From: Escherichia coli | Lineage (GTDB): Bacteria > Pseudomonadota > Gammaproteobacteria > Enterobacterales > Enterobacteriaceae | Length of the DNA: 64,000 nt | Reading direction: 5' to 3' (one strand) | NCBI RefSeq assembly: GCF_024502345.1 | Contig: NZ_JALDNN010000001.1 | Shown here: positions 1 to 10,760 of the stretch, one piece after another | Layout: every line of letters begins with the position of its first letter | Numbering within the stretch: position 1 is the stretch's first letter | The notes under the pieces: generated by a model | Told to the model about the DNA's origin: nothing | Database searches by the model: none | What the model saw: only the letters and a program-made list of their open reading frames with translations | Translations under genes and position numbers: made by a program

Positions 1-92
1 AGGCCTGATAAGACGCGTCAGCGTCGCATCAGGCAACCGGCTCGGGCGTTAGATGTCGGATGCGGCGTGACCGCCTTATCCGACCTACGGGG
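1..92. repeat. REP/BIME-like palindromic units downstream of eco
   Basis: Two GC-rich imperfect palindromes of the 'gcctgatgcgacgctgacgcgtcttatcaggcct' / 'gccggatgcggcgtg..ccttatccggcctac' type typical of enterobacterial REP elements. Confidence 0.6.
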
Positions 93-111
93 TGACGCAC
101 TTCACAGCAGT

Positions 112-600
112 TTAGCGAACTACCGCGTTGTCAATTTTCTCTTCCGCCTTCCAGACGCGGTACTTCACATCTACATTGTCTGGCGTATACACCACGATCG
201 GCAGCTTGCTGTTGTAACGCAGCATTCCAGCATCGCCCAGATACGCGGTGACAAATTTCTTCTCTTTCTTGCCATCCGGGCAGGCCATCATCGTGGAAAC
301 CGGCGAGCTAACTTTATCAAAGACATAATAATCATAGCCCCAGCCTTCCAGCGTTTTGCTTTCCAGCTTCCCGCCGAGACGATGCAAATTGCAATCGACT
401 TCCAGCGTCTGACCGATTAACAGTTCTACTTTCAGGGTAGATTCATCTTCTTGCGGGGTTAACTGAATCACCTGACGCTTCATGCCTTTTTCAGCTTGTG
501 GATAAGGCGCGATTTTTTCCAGTGGCTGGACGCTCTCTGCCGCCCAGGCGGAAGTGGTGGCGAAAGCGGCAAACAATACTGCAGGTAGAATGGTCTTCAT
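112..600 (-). CDS. eco: ecotin, periplasmic serine protease inhibitor
   Basis: 162 aa ORF with signal peptide [20 protein letters not shown]; sequence recognised as ecotin. Confidence 0.95.
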
Positions 601-877
601 TTTTTGCTTTCCTTCTTCATTTATAGGTTTGCACCGATGATGTCGCTGAAGGTTAACATATTCATCAGATTTATTAATTTGCTTTATGAATAACTTAAAG
701 AATATTCAGACAATTTTACCTGCTCTTTTAGTGTTAAATTCTGATGAGAGAGCAAAACAGCAGAAATATCTCTGGTGAATTAATCGCTATATAAATATAT
801 TTATAACCATTTGAAATGTGAGCAAAAGCCCGTTTTTGCCACGCTTCCCGCCACTCTTTTGATCCTGCTACAGGTTT

Positions 878-893
878 TACCTCGATCGGGGTA
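878..893. promoter_or_regulatory. Candidate NarP/NarL 7-2-7 heptamer pair in napF control region
   Basis: tacctcg-at-cggggta inverted heptamers (TACYYMT type) about 115 bp upstream of napF start; matches recalled architecture of the napF promoter. Confidence 0.5.
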
Positions 894-1006
894 TGCATCT
901 TTGACACATCCTTTAATATCTTAGCGGCTATAAAAATGGCTTATTAATTATGCGGTTTATTTGGTCGCTCTCAATTTTCAGAGCGCGTTAATGATGGAAG
1001 GTCAAT

Positions 1007-1501
1007 GTGAAGATTGATGCATCCCGTCGGGGCATACTCACTGGTCGCTGGCGCAAAGCCAGTAACGGTATCCGTCCGCCCTGGTCCGGTGATGAATCTC
1101 ATTTTCTGACCCATTGCACCCGCTGCGACGCCTGTATTAATGCTTGTGAAAACAACATTCTGCAACGCGGCGCGGGCGGCTATCCGAGCGTTAATTTCAA
1201 AAATAACGAGTGCAGCTTCTGTTACGCCTGCGCGCAGGCTTGCCCCGAATCGCTATTTTCTCCGCGCCACACCAGGGCCTGGGATTTGCAGTTCACCATT
1301 GGGGACGCGTGCCTGGCGTATCAGTCAGTTGAATGCCGCCGCTGTCAGGATAGCTGTGAGCCAATGGCAATTATCTTTCGCCCGACGCTCTCCGGGATCT
1401 ACCAGCCGCAACTTAATAGCCAACTTTGCAACGGATGTGGAGCATGTGCAGCCAGCTGTCCGGTATCAGCCATAACTGCGGAGTATCTCCATGCACACTA
1501 A
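1007..1501 (+). CDS. napF: ferredoxin-type protein NapF (4Fe-4S clusters)
   Basis: 164 aa, multiple CxxCxxCxxxCP motifs; first gene of nap operon. Confidence 0.95.
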   Translation: MKIDASRRGILTGRWRKASNGIRPPWSGDESHFLTHCTRCDACINACENNILQRGAGGYPSVNFKNNECSFCYACAQACPESLFSPRHTRAWDLQFTIGDACLAYQSVECRRCQDSCEPMAIIFRPTLSGIYQPQLNSQLCNGCGACAASCPVSAITAEYLHAH

Positions 1502-1754
1502 CTGGCAAGTTTGCAGCCTGGTCGTGCAGGCCAAAAGCGAACGAATTTCAGACATCAGCACCCAACTGAACGCCTTTCCCGGCTGTGAAGTTGCTGTCAG
1601 CGACGCGCCGAGCGGTCAGTTGATTGTGGTGGTGGAAGCAGAAGACAGCGAAACGCTGATCCAAACCATTGAGTCAGTACGCAACGTAGAGGGCGTGCTG
1701 GCGGTGTCGCTGGTTTATCACCAGCAGGAAGAGCAAGGTGAGGAAACACCATGA
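1491..1754 (+). CDS. napD: NapA chaperone NapD
   Basis: 87 aa ORF overlapping napF stop and napA start; recognised sequence. Confidence 0.9.
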   Translation: MHTNWQVCSLVVQAKSERISDISTQLNAFPGCEVAVSDAPSGQLIVVVEAEDSETLIQTIESVRNVEGVLAVSLVYHQQEEQGEETP

Positions 1755-4237
1755 AACTCAGTCGTCGTAGCTTTATGAAAGCTAACGCCGTTGCGGCCGC
1801 TGCGGCGGCTGCCGGTCTCAGCGTGCCGGGCGTTGCCCGCGCCGTTGTTGGTCAGCAGGAAGCCATCAAATGGGATAAAGCGCCGTGCCGTTTCTGCGGT
1901 ACTGGTTGCGGCGTTCTGGTCGGAACGCAGCAGGGGCGTGTGGTGGCCTGTCAGGGCGACCCGGACGCACCGGTTAACCGTGGCCTGAACTGCATTAAGG
2001 GCTATTTCCTGCCCAAGATCATGTACGGTAAAGACCGTTTGACGCAGCCGCTGCTGCGTATGAAAAACGGTAAATATGACAAAGAAGGCGAATTTACCCC
2101 AATCACCTGGGATCAGGCCTTCGATGTGATGGAAGAGAAATTCAAAACCGCCCTGAAAGAAAAAGGGCCGGAATCGATCGGTATGTTCGGTTCTGGTCAG
2201 TGGACTATCTGGGAAGGTTATGCCGCGTCCAAGCTGTTTAAAGCGGGCTTCCGTTCGAACAACATCGACCCGAACGCGCGTCACTGTATGGCGTCGGCAG
2301 TAGTTGGCTTTATGCGTACCTTTGGTATGGATGAGCCGATGGGCTGCTATGACGACATCGAGCAGGCTGACGCGTTTGTGCTGTGGGGCGCAAACATGGC
2401 GGAGATGCACCCGATCCTCTGGTCACGCATCACTAACCGTCGTCTCTCTAACCAGGACGTCACCGTGGCGGTGCTTTCAACCTACCAGCATCGTAGCTTC
2501 GAGCTGGCGGATAACGGCATCATCTTTACGCCACAGTCTGACCTGGTGATCCTGAACTACATCGCCAACTATATCATTCAAAACAATGCGATAAATCAGG
2601 ACTTCTTCAGCAAACACGTTAACCTGCGCAAAGGGGCGACGGACATCGGCTACGGTTTACGTCCGACCCATCCGCTGGAAAAAGCAGCGAAGAATCCGGG
2701 TTCTGACGCCTCCGAACCGATGAGCTTTGAAGATTACAAAGCCTTCGTTGCTGAGTATACGCTGGAAAAAACCGCTGAAATGACCGGCGTGCCGAAAGAC
2801 CAGTTAGAACAACTGGCGCAGCTGTATGCCGATCCGAACAAGAAAGTCATATCCTACTGGACGATGGGCTTCAACCAGCATACCCGTGGTGTGTGGGCCA
2901 ACAACCTGGTCTACAACCTGCACCTGCTGACCGGCAAAATTTCCCAGCCGGGTTGCGGTCCGTTCTCCCTGACCGGGCAGCCTTCCGCGTGTGGTACTGC
3001 GCGTGAAGTGGGCACCTTTGCTCACCGTCTGCCTGCGGACATGGTGGTAACTAACGAGAAACATCGTGATATCTGCGAGAAGAAGTGGAATATCCCGAGC
3101 GGCACCATTCCGGCGAAAATCGGTCTGCATGCGGTAGCACAAGACCGTGCGCTGAAAGACGGCAAGCTGAATGTTTACTGGACCATGTGTACCAACAACA
3201 TGCAGGCCGGGCCGAACATCAATGAAGAGCGTATGCCGGGCTGGCGCGATCCGCGCAACTTCATCATCGTCTCCGATCCGTATCCGACAGTCAGTGCGCT
3301 GGCCGCCGACTTGATCCTGCCGACCGCAATGTGGGTAGAGAAAGAGGGCGCTTACGGTAACGCCGAACGCCGTACTCAGTTCTGGCGTCAGCAGGTACAG
3401 GCGCCAGGCGAAGCGAAATCGGATCTCTGGCAGTTAGTCCAGTTCTCCCGCCGCTTCAAAACTGAAGAAGTATGGCCGGAAGAGCTGCTGGCGAAGAAAC
3501 CGGAACTGCGTGGCAAAACGCTGTACGAAGTTCTGTATGCCACCCCCGAAGTGAGCAAATTCCCGGTATCCGAACTGGCGGAAGATCAGCTGAACGATGA
3601 ATCCCGCGAGCTGGGCTTCTATCTGCAAAAAGGGCTGTTCGAAGAGTACGCATGGTTTGGTCGCGGTCACGGTCACGATCTCGCGCCGTTCGATGACTAC
3701 CACAAAGCGCGCGGTCTGCGCTGGCCGGTGGTGAACGGTAAAGAAACGCAGTGGCGTTACAGCGAAGGTAACGACCCGTACGTGAAAGCGGGCGAAGGCT
3801 ATAAGTTCTACGGTAAACCGGATGGTAAAGCGGTGATCTTCGCGCTGCCGTTCGAACCGGCGGCGGAAGCACCGGATGAAGAGTACGACCTGTGGCTCTC
3901 TACCGGACGCGTCCTGGAGCACTGGCACACCGGCAGTATGACTCGCCGTGTGCCGGAACTGCACCGTGCCTTCCCGGAAGCGGTCCTGTTTATTCACCCG
4001 CTGGATGCGAAAGCGCGCGATCTGCGCCGTGGCGACAAAGTGAAAGTGGTTTCTCGCCGTGGCGAAGTGATCTCGATTGTCGAAACGCGCGGTCGTAACC
4101 GTCCGCCGCAGGGCCTGGTGTACATGCCGTTCTTCGACGCCGCACAGCTGGTTAACAAACTAACGCTGGACGCGACCGATCCGCTCTCGAAAGAGACGGA
4201 CTTCAAGAAGTGCGCGGTCAAACTGGAGAAGGTGTAA
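1751..4237 (+). CDS. napA: periplasmic nitrate reductase catalytic subunit NapA (Tat signal, molybdopterin)
   Basis: 828 aa; N-terminal twin-arginine motif SRRSFMKA; CxxCxxxC cluster; recognised. Confidence 0.97.
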   Translation: MKLSRRSFMKANAVAAAAAAAGLSVPGVARAVVGQQEAIKWDKAPCRFCGTGCGVLVGTQQGRVVACQGDPDAPVNRGLNCIKGYFLPKIMYGKDRLTQPLLRMKNGKYDKEGEFTPITWDQAFDVMEEKFKTALKEKGPESIGMFGSGQWTIWEGYAASKLFKAGFRSNNIDPNARHCMASAVVGFMRTFGMDEPMGCYDDIEQADAFVLWGANMAEMHPILWSRITNRRLSNQDVTVAVLSTYQHRSFELADNGIIFTPQSDLVILNYIANYIIQNNAINQDFFSKHVNLRKGATDIGYGLRPTHPLEKAAKNPGSDASEPMSFEDYKAFVAEYTLEKTAEMTGVPKDQLEQLAQLYADPNKKVISYWTMGFNQHTRGVWANNLVYNLHLLTGKISQPGCGPFSLTGQPSACGTAREVGTFAHRLPADMVVTNEKHRDICEKKWNIPSGTIPAKIGLHAVAQDRALKDGKLNVYWTMCTNNMQAGPNINEERMPGWRDPRNFIIVSDPYPTVSALAADLILPTAMWVEKEGAYGNAERRTQFWRQQVQAPGEAKSDLWQLVQFSRRFKTEEVWPEELLAKKPELRGKTLYEVLYATPEVSKFPVSELAEDQLNDESRELGFYLQKGLFEEYAWFGRGHGHDLAPFDDYHKARGLRWPVVNGKETQWRYSEGNDPYVKAGEGYKFYGKPDGKAVIFALPFEPAAEAPDEEYDLWLSTGRVLEHWHTGSMTRRVPELHRAFPEAVLFIHPLDAKARDLRRGDKVKVVSRRGEVISIVETRGRNRPPQGLVYMPFFDAAQLVNKLTLDATDPLSKETDFKKCAVKLEKV

Positions 4238-4243
4238 GCCATT

Positions 4244-4939
4244 ATGTCCCGGTCAGCGAAACCTCAAAATGGTCGCCGCCGCTTTCTGCGCGATGTCGTT
4301 CGCACAGCAGGCGGGCTGGCTGCCGTGGGTGTGGCGCTGGGGTTACAACAGCAAACCGCACGCGCATCTGGCGTGCGGTTGCGCCCGCCCGGAGCCATAA
4401 ACGAGAACGCCTTTGCCAGTGCCTGTGTGCGTTGCGGTCAGTGTGTTCAGGCTTGCCCTTACGACACCTTAAAACTGGCGACGCTGGCCTCTGGCCTGTC
4501 GGCGGGCACGCCATATTTTGTCGCACGGGATATTCCTTGCGAAATGTGTGAGGACATTCCGTGCGCCAAAGTGTGCCCGAGCGGTGCGCTGGATCGTGAG
4601 ATTGAATCGATCGACGACGCGCGGATGGGGCTGGCGGTACTGGTGGACCAGGAAAACTGTCTCAACTTTCAGGGGCTGCGCTGCGATGTTTGTTATCGCG
4701 AATGCCCGAAAATTGATGAGGCCATCACCCTGGAGCTGGAGCGCAACACGCGTACCGGTAAGCACGCCCGCTTTCTGCCGACGGTTCACAGCGACGCCTG
4801 TACCGGTTGCGGTAAGTGCGAAAAAGTATGCGTGCTGGAACAACCGGCAATCAAGGTGTTACCGCTGTCACTGGCGAAAGGGGAGTTAGGTCACCATTAC
4901 CGCTTCGGCTGGCTGGAGGGGAACAATGGCAAATCGTAA
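4244..4939 (+). CDS. napG: ferredoxin-type protein NapG
   Basis: 231 aa, Tat-like signal (RRRFLR), four Cys clusters. Confidence 0.95.
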
Positions 4940-5789
4940 ACGTGACGCCGGGCGCGAGGCGCTGGAGAAAAAAGGCTGGTGGCGCAGTCACCGTTGGCTG
5001 GTGTTACGTCGCCTTTGTCAGTTCTTCGTGCTGGGGATGTTTTTGAGCGGTCCGTGGTTTGGTGTGTGGATCTTGCACGGCAACTACAGCAGTAGCCTGT
5101 TATTCGACACCGTTCCGCTGACCGATCCGCTGATGACGCTGCAAAGTCTTGCCAGTGGTCATCTGCCTGCCACGGTGGCGTTGACCGGTGCGGTGATTAT
5201 CACCGTGCTCTACGCCCTGGCAGGAAAGCGATTATTTTGCAGCTGGGTCTGCCCGCTGAACCCGATTACCGACTTAGCGAACTGGTTACGCAGGCGCTTT
5301 GACCTCAATCAGTCTGCGACGATCCCTCGCCACATTCGCTACGTGCTGTTGGTGGTCATTCTGGTGGGATCTGCCTTAACTGGCACGCTCATCTGGGAAT
5401 GGATCAACCCCGTTTCCCTGATGGGGCGTAGCCTGGTAATGGGCTTCGGCAGCGGCGCGCTGCTTATTCTCGCGCTGTTTTTATTTGATCTACTGGTCGT
5501 TGAACACGGCTGGTGCGGGCACATTTGTCCGGTTGGCGCGCTGTATGGCGTGCTGGGTAGCAAAGGTGTGATTACCGTTGCGGCCAGCGATCGGCAGAAA
5601 TGTAACCGCTGTATGGATTGTTTTCATGTTTGCCCGGAACCGCATGTGCTACGTGCCCCGGTGCTGGATGAACAAAGCCCGGTGCAGGTCACCAGCCGCG
5701 ATTGCATGACGTGCGGTCGCTGCGTGGATGTCTGTTCTGAGGATGTATTTACAATAACTACACGATGGAGTTCGGGAGCGAAATCATGA
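4926..5789 (+). CDS. napH: membrane ferredoxin-type protein NapH
   Basis: 287 aa, TM helices plus C-terminal Cys clusters. Confidence 0.95.
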
Positions 5790-6229
5790 AAAGCCATGAC
5801 CTGAAGAAAGCGCTGTGTCAATGGACGGCGATGCTGGCCCTGGTGGTAAGCGGCGCGGTTTGGGCGGCTAATGGCGTCGATTTTAGCCAGTCGCCGGAAG
5901 TATCCGGGACGCAGGAAGGGGCCATTCGGATGCCAAAAGAGCAGGATCGGATGCCGCTGAACTATGTGAATCAGCCGCCAATGATCCCGCATAGCGTTGA
6001 AGGTTATCAGGTAACGACCAATACCAACCGCTGCTTGCAGTGCCACGGTGTCGAAAGCTATCGCACCACTGGCGCGCCGCGTATCAGTCCTACTCACTTT
6101 ATGGACAGCGACGGCAAAGTGGGCGCGGAAGTGGCTCCGCGTCGTTATTTCTGTCTGCAATGTCACGTACCGCAGGCCGATACCGCGCCAATCGTGGGGA
6201 ATACCTTTACCCCATCAAATACCGAATGA
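5786..6229 (+). CDS. napB: dihaem cytochrome c NapB, with C-terminus altered by a novel joint
   Basis: [13 protein letters not shown]...; two CxxCH haem motifs; the last residues (..TPSNTE) differ from the recalled K-12 C-terminus (..TPSKGYGK). Confidence 0.9.
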   Translation: MKSHDLKKALCQWTAMLALVVSGAVWAANGVDFSQSPEVSGTQEGAIRMPKEQDRMPLNYVNQPPMIPHSVEGYQVTTNTNRCLQCHGVESYRTTGAPRISPTHFMDSDGKVGAEVAPRRYFCLQCHVPQADTAPIVGNTFTPSNTE

Positions 6230-6671
6230 AGTGGACTATCGAAAATTGCAGGAACTGTTCACGCGGATCGCCATCGATAAACATATTCAGCAAAAGCTTG
6301 AACATCCTCACCACCAGCTGGTGGCTACCTACCAGTCATTAAACCGCAAGTATTCAGAATTGCTGGAGGAATACAAAATCCTTCGGCGCTGCTTCTCTGT
6401 TTCCGCTCTTGTTCCTTATACCGACGTATGGACACATAAGCCTGTTCAGTTTTATCCAGGCAAACATCCATGCGAAAAACCTGCCGACATGCTGAAACAG
6501 ATCATTAGCGCCAGCAGCAGACCGGGGGATATCGTTGCCGATTTCTTTATGGGCTCTGGTTCAACTGTGAAAGCTGCAATAGAACTTGGCCGTCGGGCGA
6601 TCGGCGTAGAACTGGAGGCAGACAGGTTTATACAGACCACCGAAGAGGTGGAAAAACTGAAAAAATCATAA
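6220..6671 (+). pseudogene. 5'-truncated N6-adenine/N4-cytosine DNA methyltransferase (C-terminal fragment only)
   Basis: Translation contains HPCEKP then DIVADFFMGSGSTVKAAIELGRRAIGVE (SAM-binding FxGxG block of beta-class MTases); no start codon and no N-terminal DPPY catalytic motif; reading frame begins at the napB joint. Confidence 0.7.
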
Positions 6672-6816
6672 CGATCACCACGCTCCCCCGTTGCTGTGGT
6701 GATCACCATCTTCAGGCACCGGGAATCATCCTTAATTTTTACTTGAACATAAGAGCCCGGTTGCCTGATCCCCTTCAATCACACACAGCGCCATCCGAAC
6801 TATCGGAGGTGAGGCT

Positions 6817-7095
6817 ATGACCAGAATGAGCACCATTTACAGCAGACTTTCATATGGATCAGGAACCACGCTTGCCGGCTGCGGTGTATCAGCGAAGGCA
6901 TATGCCGAAACAGCTAAAACAGCAAAAGAGGTGTCCTGGATGTTGGCCGACAGAATTGCAGGGTTAAGCCTGAGTGACTGGGCAATTATTGTCGGTATCG
7001 CATGCACAGTTATCACCTGTGCAGTGAACTGGTATTACAGGAAAAAGGAAAGGGAGGACCGGCTTAATGGCAATGTCACCAAAGCAGAAGAATAA
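6817..7095 (+). CDS. phage holin
   Basis: 92 aa, hydrophobic helix WAIIVGIACTVITCAVNWYY, charged C-terminus, immediately upstream of endolysin. Confidence 0.7.
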   Translation: MTRMSTIYSRLSYGSGTTLAGCGVSAKAYAETAKTAKEVSWMLADRIAGLSLSDWAIIVGIACTVITCAVNWYYRKKEREDRLNGNVTKAEE

Positions 7096-7615
7096 ACTGA
7101 GCGCAGCGGTCGTTGGGTTAATTCTTGCCGGGGCTTCCGCACCCGTGATTCTCGATCAGTTTCTGGATGAGAAAGAGGGTAACAGCACAACAGCGTACAA
7201 GGACGGCTCTGGTATATGGACCATTTGTCGTGGCGCTACGATGGTTGATGGCAAGCCAGTAGTTCAGGGCATGAAGCTGTCTGCTGAGAAATGTTCCAAG
7301 GTGAACGCCATAGAACGCGACAAGGCGCTGGCGTGGGTCGAGCGAAACATCAAGGTGCCACTGACCGAACCACAGAAAGCCGGGATCGCGTCTTTCTGCC
7401 CATATAACATCGGTCCCGGAAAATGTTTCCCATCTACGTTCTATAAGCGAATAAATGCTGGCGACCGTGAAGGTGCCTGTGAAGCGATCCGCTGGTGGAT
7501 AAAAGACGGTGGTCGCGATTGTCGTCTGACCAAAGGGCAGAAGAACGGTTGCTATGGTCAGGTTGAACGGCGAGACCAGGAAAGCGCGTTGACGTGCTGG
7601 GGGATAGACCAGTGA
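7067..7615 (+). CDS. phage endolysin, lysozyme family with N-terminal signal-anchor (SAR-type)
   Basis: 182 aa; N-terminal hydrophobic [18 protein letters not shown] followed by lysozyme-like body; position between holin and Rz. Confidence 0.8.
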   Translation: MAMSPKQKNKLSAAVVGLILAGASAPVILDQFLDEKEGNSTTAYKDGSGIWTICRGATMVDGKPVVQGMKLSAEKCSKVNAIERDKALAWVERNIKVPLTEPQKAGIASFCPYNIGPGKCFPSTFYKRINAGDREGACEAIRWWIKDGGRDCRLTKGQKNGCYGQVERRDQESALTCWGIDQ

Positions 7616-8127
7616 GCCTGCGCTATCAGTTCATTGTTATTTTGTTGCTGGTGGCCGTTGCATTCTTCGCGGGTAGTGTATGGAGCAGCCGCGGTTGGGA
7701 AAAGAAGTGGGCCGAGCGTGACAGCGTAGAATCATCGCAAACAGCGAACGCACAGACCGCCGCTCGCATGATTGAACAAGGGCGTATTATTGCCCGTGAT
7801 GAGGCTGTAAAAGATGCACAAGCACAAGCCGCTAAATCCGCTGCCACTGCTGCTGGCCTGTCTGCCACTGTTAACCAGCTGCGTACCGAAGCAACAAAGC
7901 TTGCCACTCGCCTGGACGCCGCAAAGCACACCGCAGATCTTGCCACTGCCGTCAGAAGCAAAACAGCCGGAGCCGACGCCGCAGTGCTCGCCGACATGCT
8001 CGGACGCCTTGCAGAAGAAGCTCGATATTATGCTGAGCGATCTGACGAAAGCTACCGGGCAGGAATGACGTGTGAGCGCATTTACGACTCAGTGAGGCAG
8101 TCAAACAACAACAGGGTTAGAAGATGA
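7594..8127 (+). CDS. i-spanin (Rz-like); true start may be GTG at 7612
   Basis: N-terminal TM ([15 protein letters not shown]), coiled-coil Ala/Gln-rich periplasmic domain; Rz1 nested in +1 frame. Confidence 0.8.
   Translation: MLGDRPVSLRYQFIVILLLVAVAFFAGSVWSSRGWEKKWAERDSVESSQTANAQTAARMIEQGRIIARDEAVKDAQAQAAKSAATAAGLSATVNQLRTEATKLATRLDAAKHTADLATAVRSKTAGADAAVLADMLGRLAEEARYYAERSDESYRAGMTCERIYDSVRQSNNNRVRR
7814..8068 (+). CDS. o-spanin (Rz1-like lipoprotein) nested inside Rz
   Basis: Signal peptide with lipobox LLTSC, proline-rich mature region; entirely embedded in Rz in another frame. Confidence 0.75.
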   Translation: MHKHKPLNPLPLLLACLPLLTSCVPKQQSLPLAWTPQSTPQILPLPSEAKQPEPTPQCSPTCSDALQKKLDIMLSDLTKATGQE

Positions 8128-8354
8128 ACGCAGAAAACCTAAGTGAAGCGTATTACCTCAATAACGATATAAAAGAACTACAACTTCAGAAAAGCATACT
8201 GGAAAGTGGTGCCGGACTTGGTGTGACAATCCAGTCTACCTATCAGGATAACGCCTTTCTTGATGCCATACGCCCGCATGCAGTGGCTGAACTTGATCGC
8301 CGTATTGTGGAGAAGAAAAAAAACCTCTCCACTCTGGGTGTTACATTCTCTTAA
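8124..8354 (+). CDS. hypothetical protein, start overlaps Rz stop (ATGA)
   Basis: 76 aa ORF translationally coupled to Rz; no recognisable motif. Confidence 0.45.
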   Translation: MNAENLSEAYYLNNDIKELQLQKSILESGAGLGVTIQSTYQDNAFLDAIRPHAVAELDRRIVEKKKNLSTLGVTFS

Positions 8355-8701
8355 ATGAGAACAACAATAAAAGGTTATGTCTGCTTTGCCACATTCTGAG
8401 AGTATGAGTTTTATTTGGTAGTCAATCAGTTACTTTATTGGTTTGCTTTCCGATGGAAGATAGATGTTTCCACAGAAGGGGCAAATTAACGTTATATTGT
8501 TTTTTATTCTCGACAGACTGTGCTTTGACTGGCGGGAGCAATGAGGACAAGTACTTTTCACATGGCGTAAAGTACGCATCTTGATATCTTTGAGTATCGA
8601 CATGTTGATTGTCCTGGTGGGCGGTTAACAACCATACACCACATGTTGGCTAATAGCTTCTTTTATAACCGTTACGATGTAGTCGTTAGCCATAATCAAT
8701 C

Positions 8702-8727
8702 AAGCCTCGCAATAGCGGGGCTTTTTA
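8702..8727 (+). terminator. possible hairpin plus T-run
   Basis: agcctcgc-aata-gcggggct followed by ttttt. Confidence 0.35.
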
Positions 8728-8738
8728 ACAACTGAGGA

Positions 8739-8942
8739 ATGAGCATTACAGTAGTTCTTACAGCTAAGCAGATTGAAGACCTGGCTGCCTTCGCAAAAGA
8801 AGATGGCCAGCCACAATATACCATCACTACCGGAACAATCCCTGAGTTCGAAGCGGATGATGGCGAGGTTATCCCTGAGTACACCGGGCTGATTGCCTAT
8901 TCCGAGTCGCTAGAGCATAGCGTTCTACAGCTCGATAACTAA
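8739..8942 (+). CDS. hypothetical small acidic protein
   Basis: 67 aa, Asp/Glu-rich, SD-like gaggaa upstream; a degenerate copy of its 3' end recurs at 10.8-10.96 kb. Confidence 0.5.
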   Translation: MSITVVLTAKQIEDLAAFAKEDGQPQYTITTGTIPEFEADDGEVIPEYTGLIAYSESLEHSVLQLDN

Positions 8943-8969
8943 CGAATCAACATAACTTTCCATCCGCCA

Positions 8970-9135
8970 TGACACCACAATGCTCGTAGACATGCCAGGA
9001 AGCCTGGCAGAAGAAGCTCGATACCATGCTGAACGCGCTGATGAAAACTACCGAGCAGGAATGACATGTGAGCGGATTTATGAGTCCGTAAAAATACTAA
9101 CAATGAACCGTAGAGGAAAAATAATAGCTCTATAA
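8970..9135 (+). pseudogene. duplicated 3' fragment of the Rz gene
   Basis: 9006-9092 is an imperfect direct repeat of 8011-8097 (gcagaagaagctcgata..gcaggaatgac.tgtgagcg..attta); would encode ..[27 protein letters not shown].. Confidence 0.7.
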
Positions 9136-9514
9136 ATTAAGATGTTGACGGTTTTCGTGGATAAATTTGTGAATTTTTACTATGAAGGAAATACGACTCT
9201 TCCTTGAGTCAAAATCCCTGACAACTTAGGGTGATAGATAAAGGTCTTACGCAGCATGACATAATTTTCGATTTAAGCTATTTAAATTAATTTTTAAGAT
9301 CAAAACCCACTGAGATTTACTTACAAAACTAAACCTTGCTATGTCTGGTTAATCATGCGTTAATGAATGTCTGGTTTGTAACGAATTTATCTGAAGCAGT
9401 CGCTGTAATAATTTTATTCCTTGTTCCTGTTGAGATTTCCTTGTTAGCTTTTCTCTCTGATAAATTTTTTTCGGACCATTCTGCCCAAGGGCTTACTCAA
9501 TAAAGGTAATGTTT

Positions 9515-9727
9515 ATGTCTAATAAAATGACTGGTTTAGTTAAATGGTTTAATCCTGAAAAAGGTTTTGGTTTTATCACTCCAAAAGATGGTAGTAAAGA
9601 TGTGTTTGTTCACTTCTCTGCTATCCAGAGTAATGATTTCAAGACGTTGAATGAGAATCAGGAAGTTGAATTTAGTGTTGAACAGGGACCTAAAGGCCCC
9701 ACGGCAGTTAATGTCGTGGCTGTATAA
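9515..9727 (+). CDS. cold-shock protein (CspA family), prophage-borne
   Basis: 70 aa [23 protein letters not shown]...; long AT-rich 5' leader typical of csp genes. Confidence 0.9.
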   Translation: MSNKMTGLVKWFNPEKGFGFITPKDGSKDVFVHFSAIQSNDFKTLNENQEVEFSVEQGPKGPTAVNVVAV

Positions 9728-9931
9728 GGTAACTGTTATTACTAATAATATTCACTTCAGATGTCCGTGTTGCCACGGATCTCAGTACCGAACGTCAAAC
9801 TTTGATGTTACTGAAAAAAATCCTTTCGGAGCAAAATGTATTTTTTGCAAATCAACAATGATTACATTTGATAATATTGCACTGTACATTCGTTCTGGTC
9901 AGTCTTCGTTAGAATTCAGAAAATAAATTTC

Positions 9932-9955
9932 AGGCTCCTTATGGAGCCTTTTTTG
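9932..9955 (+). terminator. rho-independent terminator
   Basis: aggctcc-ttat-ggagcct followed by tttttt. Confidence 0.7.
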
Positions 9956-9999
9956 TATGCTGAACCGACAATCTCTGTAAGAGACATCACGGTAAAATT

Positions 10000-10230
10000 A
10001 TGAAAAAAGTCATCGTTTTTTTTAATGCAGAACCAGCAGTTGTTGTAACCGTAATGAAAGGTATTACTACGATAATGCGTGAGTTTCCCAATGGGGAAAA
10101 AGCACACCTACCCGTGATGTCAGCGGGATTTCCATCTCTGACAGGAGACCATAAAATAGTTTATGTAGCCTCTGATCGTGATGTCAGTTCAGAAGAGATC
10201 CTCGAGGCAGCCTCGAAGCTTTTGAAATGA
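10000..10230 (+). CDS. hypothetical protein
   Basis: 76 aa ORF; weak RBS; no recognisable motif. Confidence 0.35.
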   Translation: MKKVIVFFNAEPAVVVTVMKGITTIMREFPNGEKAHLPVMSAGFPSLTGDHKIVYVASDRDVSSEEILEAASKLLK

Positions 10231-10434
10231 GATCTGGTTGTTTCGTGACCGACCCGGATTTTAGTACAGTGGTTTGTGTGGTCGCGAGCTCTTTTGCATG
10301 AAGATTGTACTGCAAACTATTGATAATTGAGTCTTTCTATTCTATCTTTTAAACATATCAGCGCTTATACAAGTGCTCTACGGGGAATGTAACATGCCTG
10401 GCGTTGATACGTTAGAGATCAAGAGAGGTAAACA

Positions 10435-10608
10435 ATGAACGTCGAAGATTTAAAAAGAAAAACTGAAGCGGATATTTCTGAATTCATCACAAAAAAAATT
10501 ATTGAACTCAAAAAAAAGACAGGAAAAGAAGTTTCCGATATCCAGTTTAATGCTCGTGAAAAAATGACTGGGCTTGAAAGCTATGATATTAAAATCACAT
10601 TAATCTAA
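10435..10608 (+). CDS. GnsA/GnsB-family small protein
   Basis: 57 aa MNVEDLKRKTEADISEFITKKIIELKKKTGKEVSDIQFNAREKMTGLESYDIKITLI; strong similarity to recalled GnsA/GnsB; below the 60-aa cutoff of the ORF track. Confidence 0.8.
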   Translation: MNVEDLKRKTEADISEFITKKIIELKKKTGKEVSDIQFNAREKMTGLESYDIKITLI

Positions 10609-10632
10609 TTGTTATAAGACTCAGTTCGAGTG

Positions 10633-10667
10633 AAAAAGCATTATCTTGAAAGGTAATGCTTTTTTAT
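10633..10667 (+). terminator. rho-independent terminator after gns-like gene
   Basis: aaagcatta-tcttgaaagg-taatgcttt followed by tttatttc. Confidence 0.7.
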
Positions 10668-10760
10668 TTCTGTCATAAAATTTAGAACGTTGTCAAAGCC
10701 TTCACTTCTAACCACAGATTTTCTGCTTACCTTTTAACGGGTCCTCCTTGACGATTCTGA

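Noticed and set aside
858-871. Possible FNR site ttgatcctgctaca upstream of the NarP heptamers at napF
   Set aside because: Only one half-site (TTGAT) matches the TTGAT-N4-ATCAA consensus; too weak to annotate without alignment.
1140-4100. Many 60-190 aa ORFs in alternative frames or on the opposite strand inside napF and napA (e.g. 1140-1475, 1718-2410, 3434-3997)
   Set aside because: Fully embedded in well-supported nap coding sequence; typical spurious ORFs of GC-rich genes with no RBS or independent signal.
6040-6342. ORFs 6040-6342 and the 5' part of 6048-6671 overlapping napB
   Set aside because: They overlap the napB coding frame; only the part downstream of the joint (about 6220 onward) carries methyltransferase-like sequence.
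8422-8631. Minus-strand 69-aa ORF in the insert between the Rz copies
   Set aside because: No convincing RBS and low-complexity composition; more likely non-coding spacer with a possible terminator, though not excluded.
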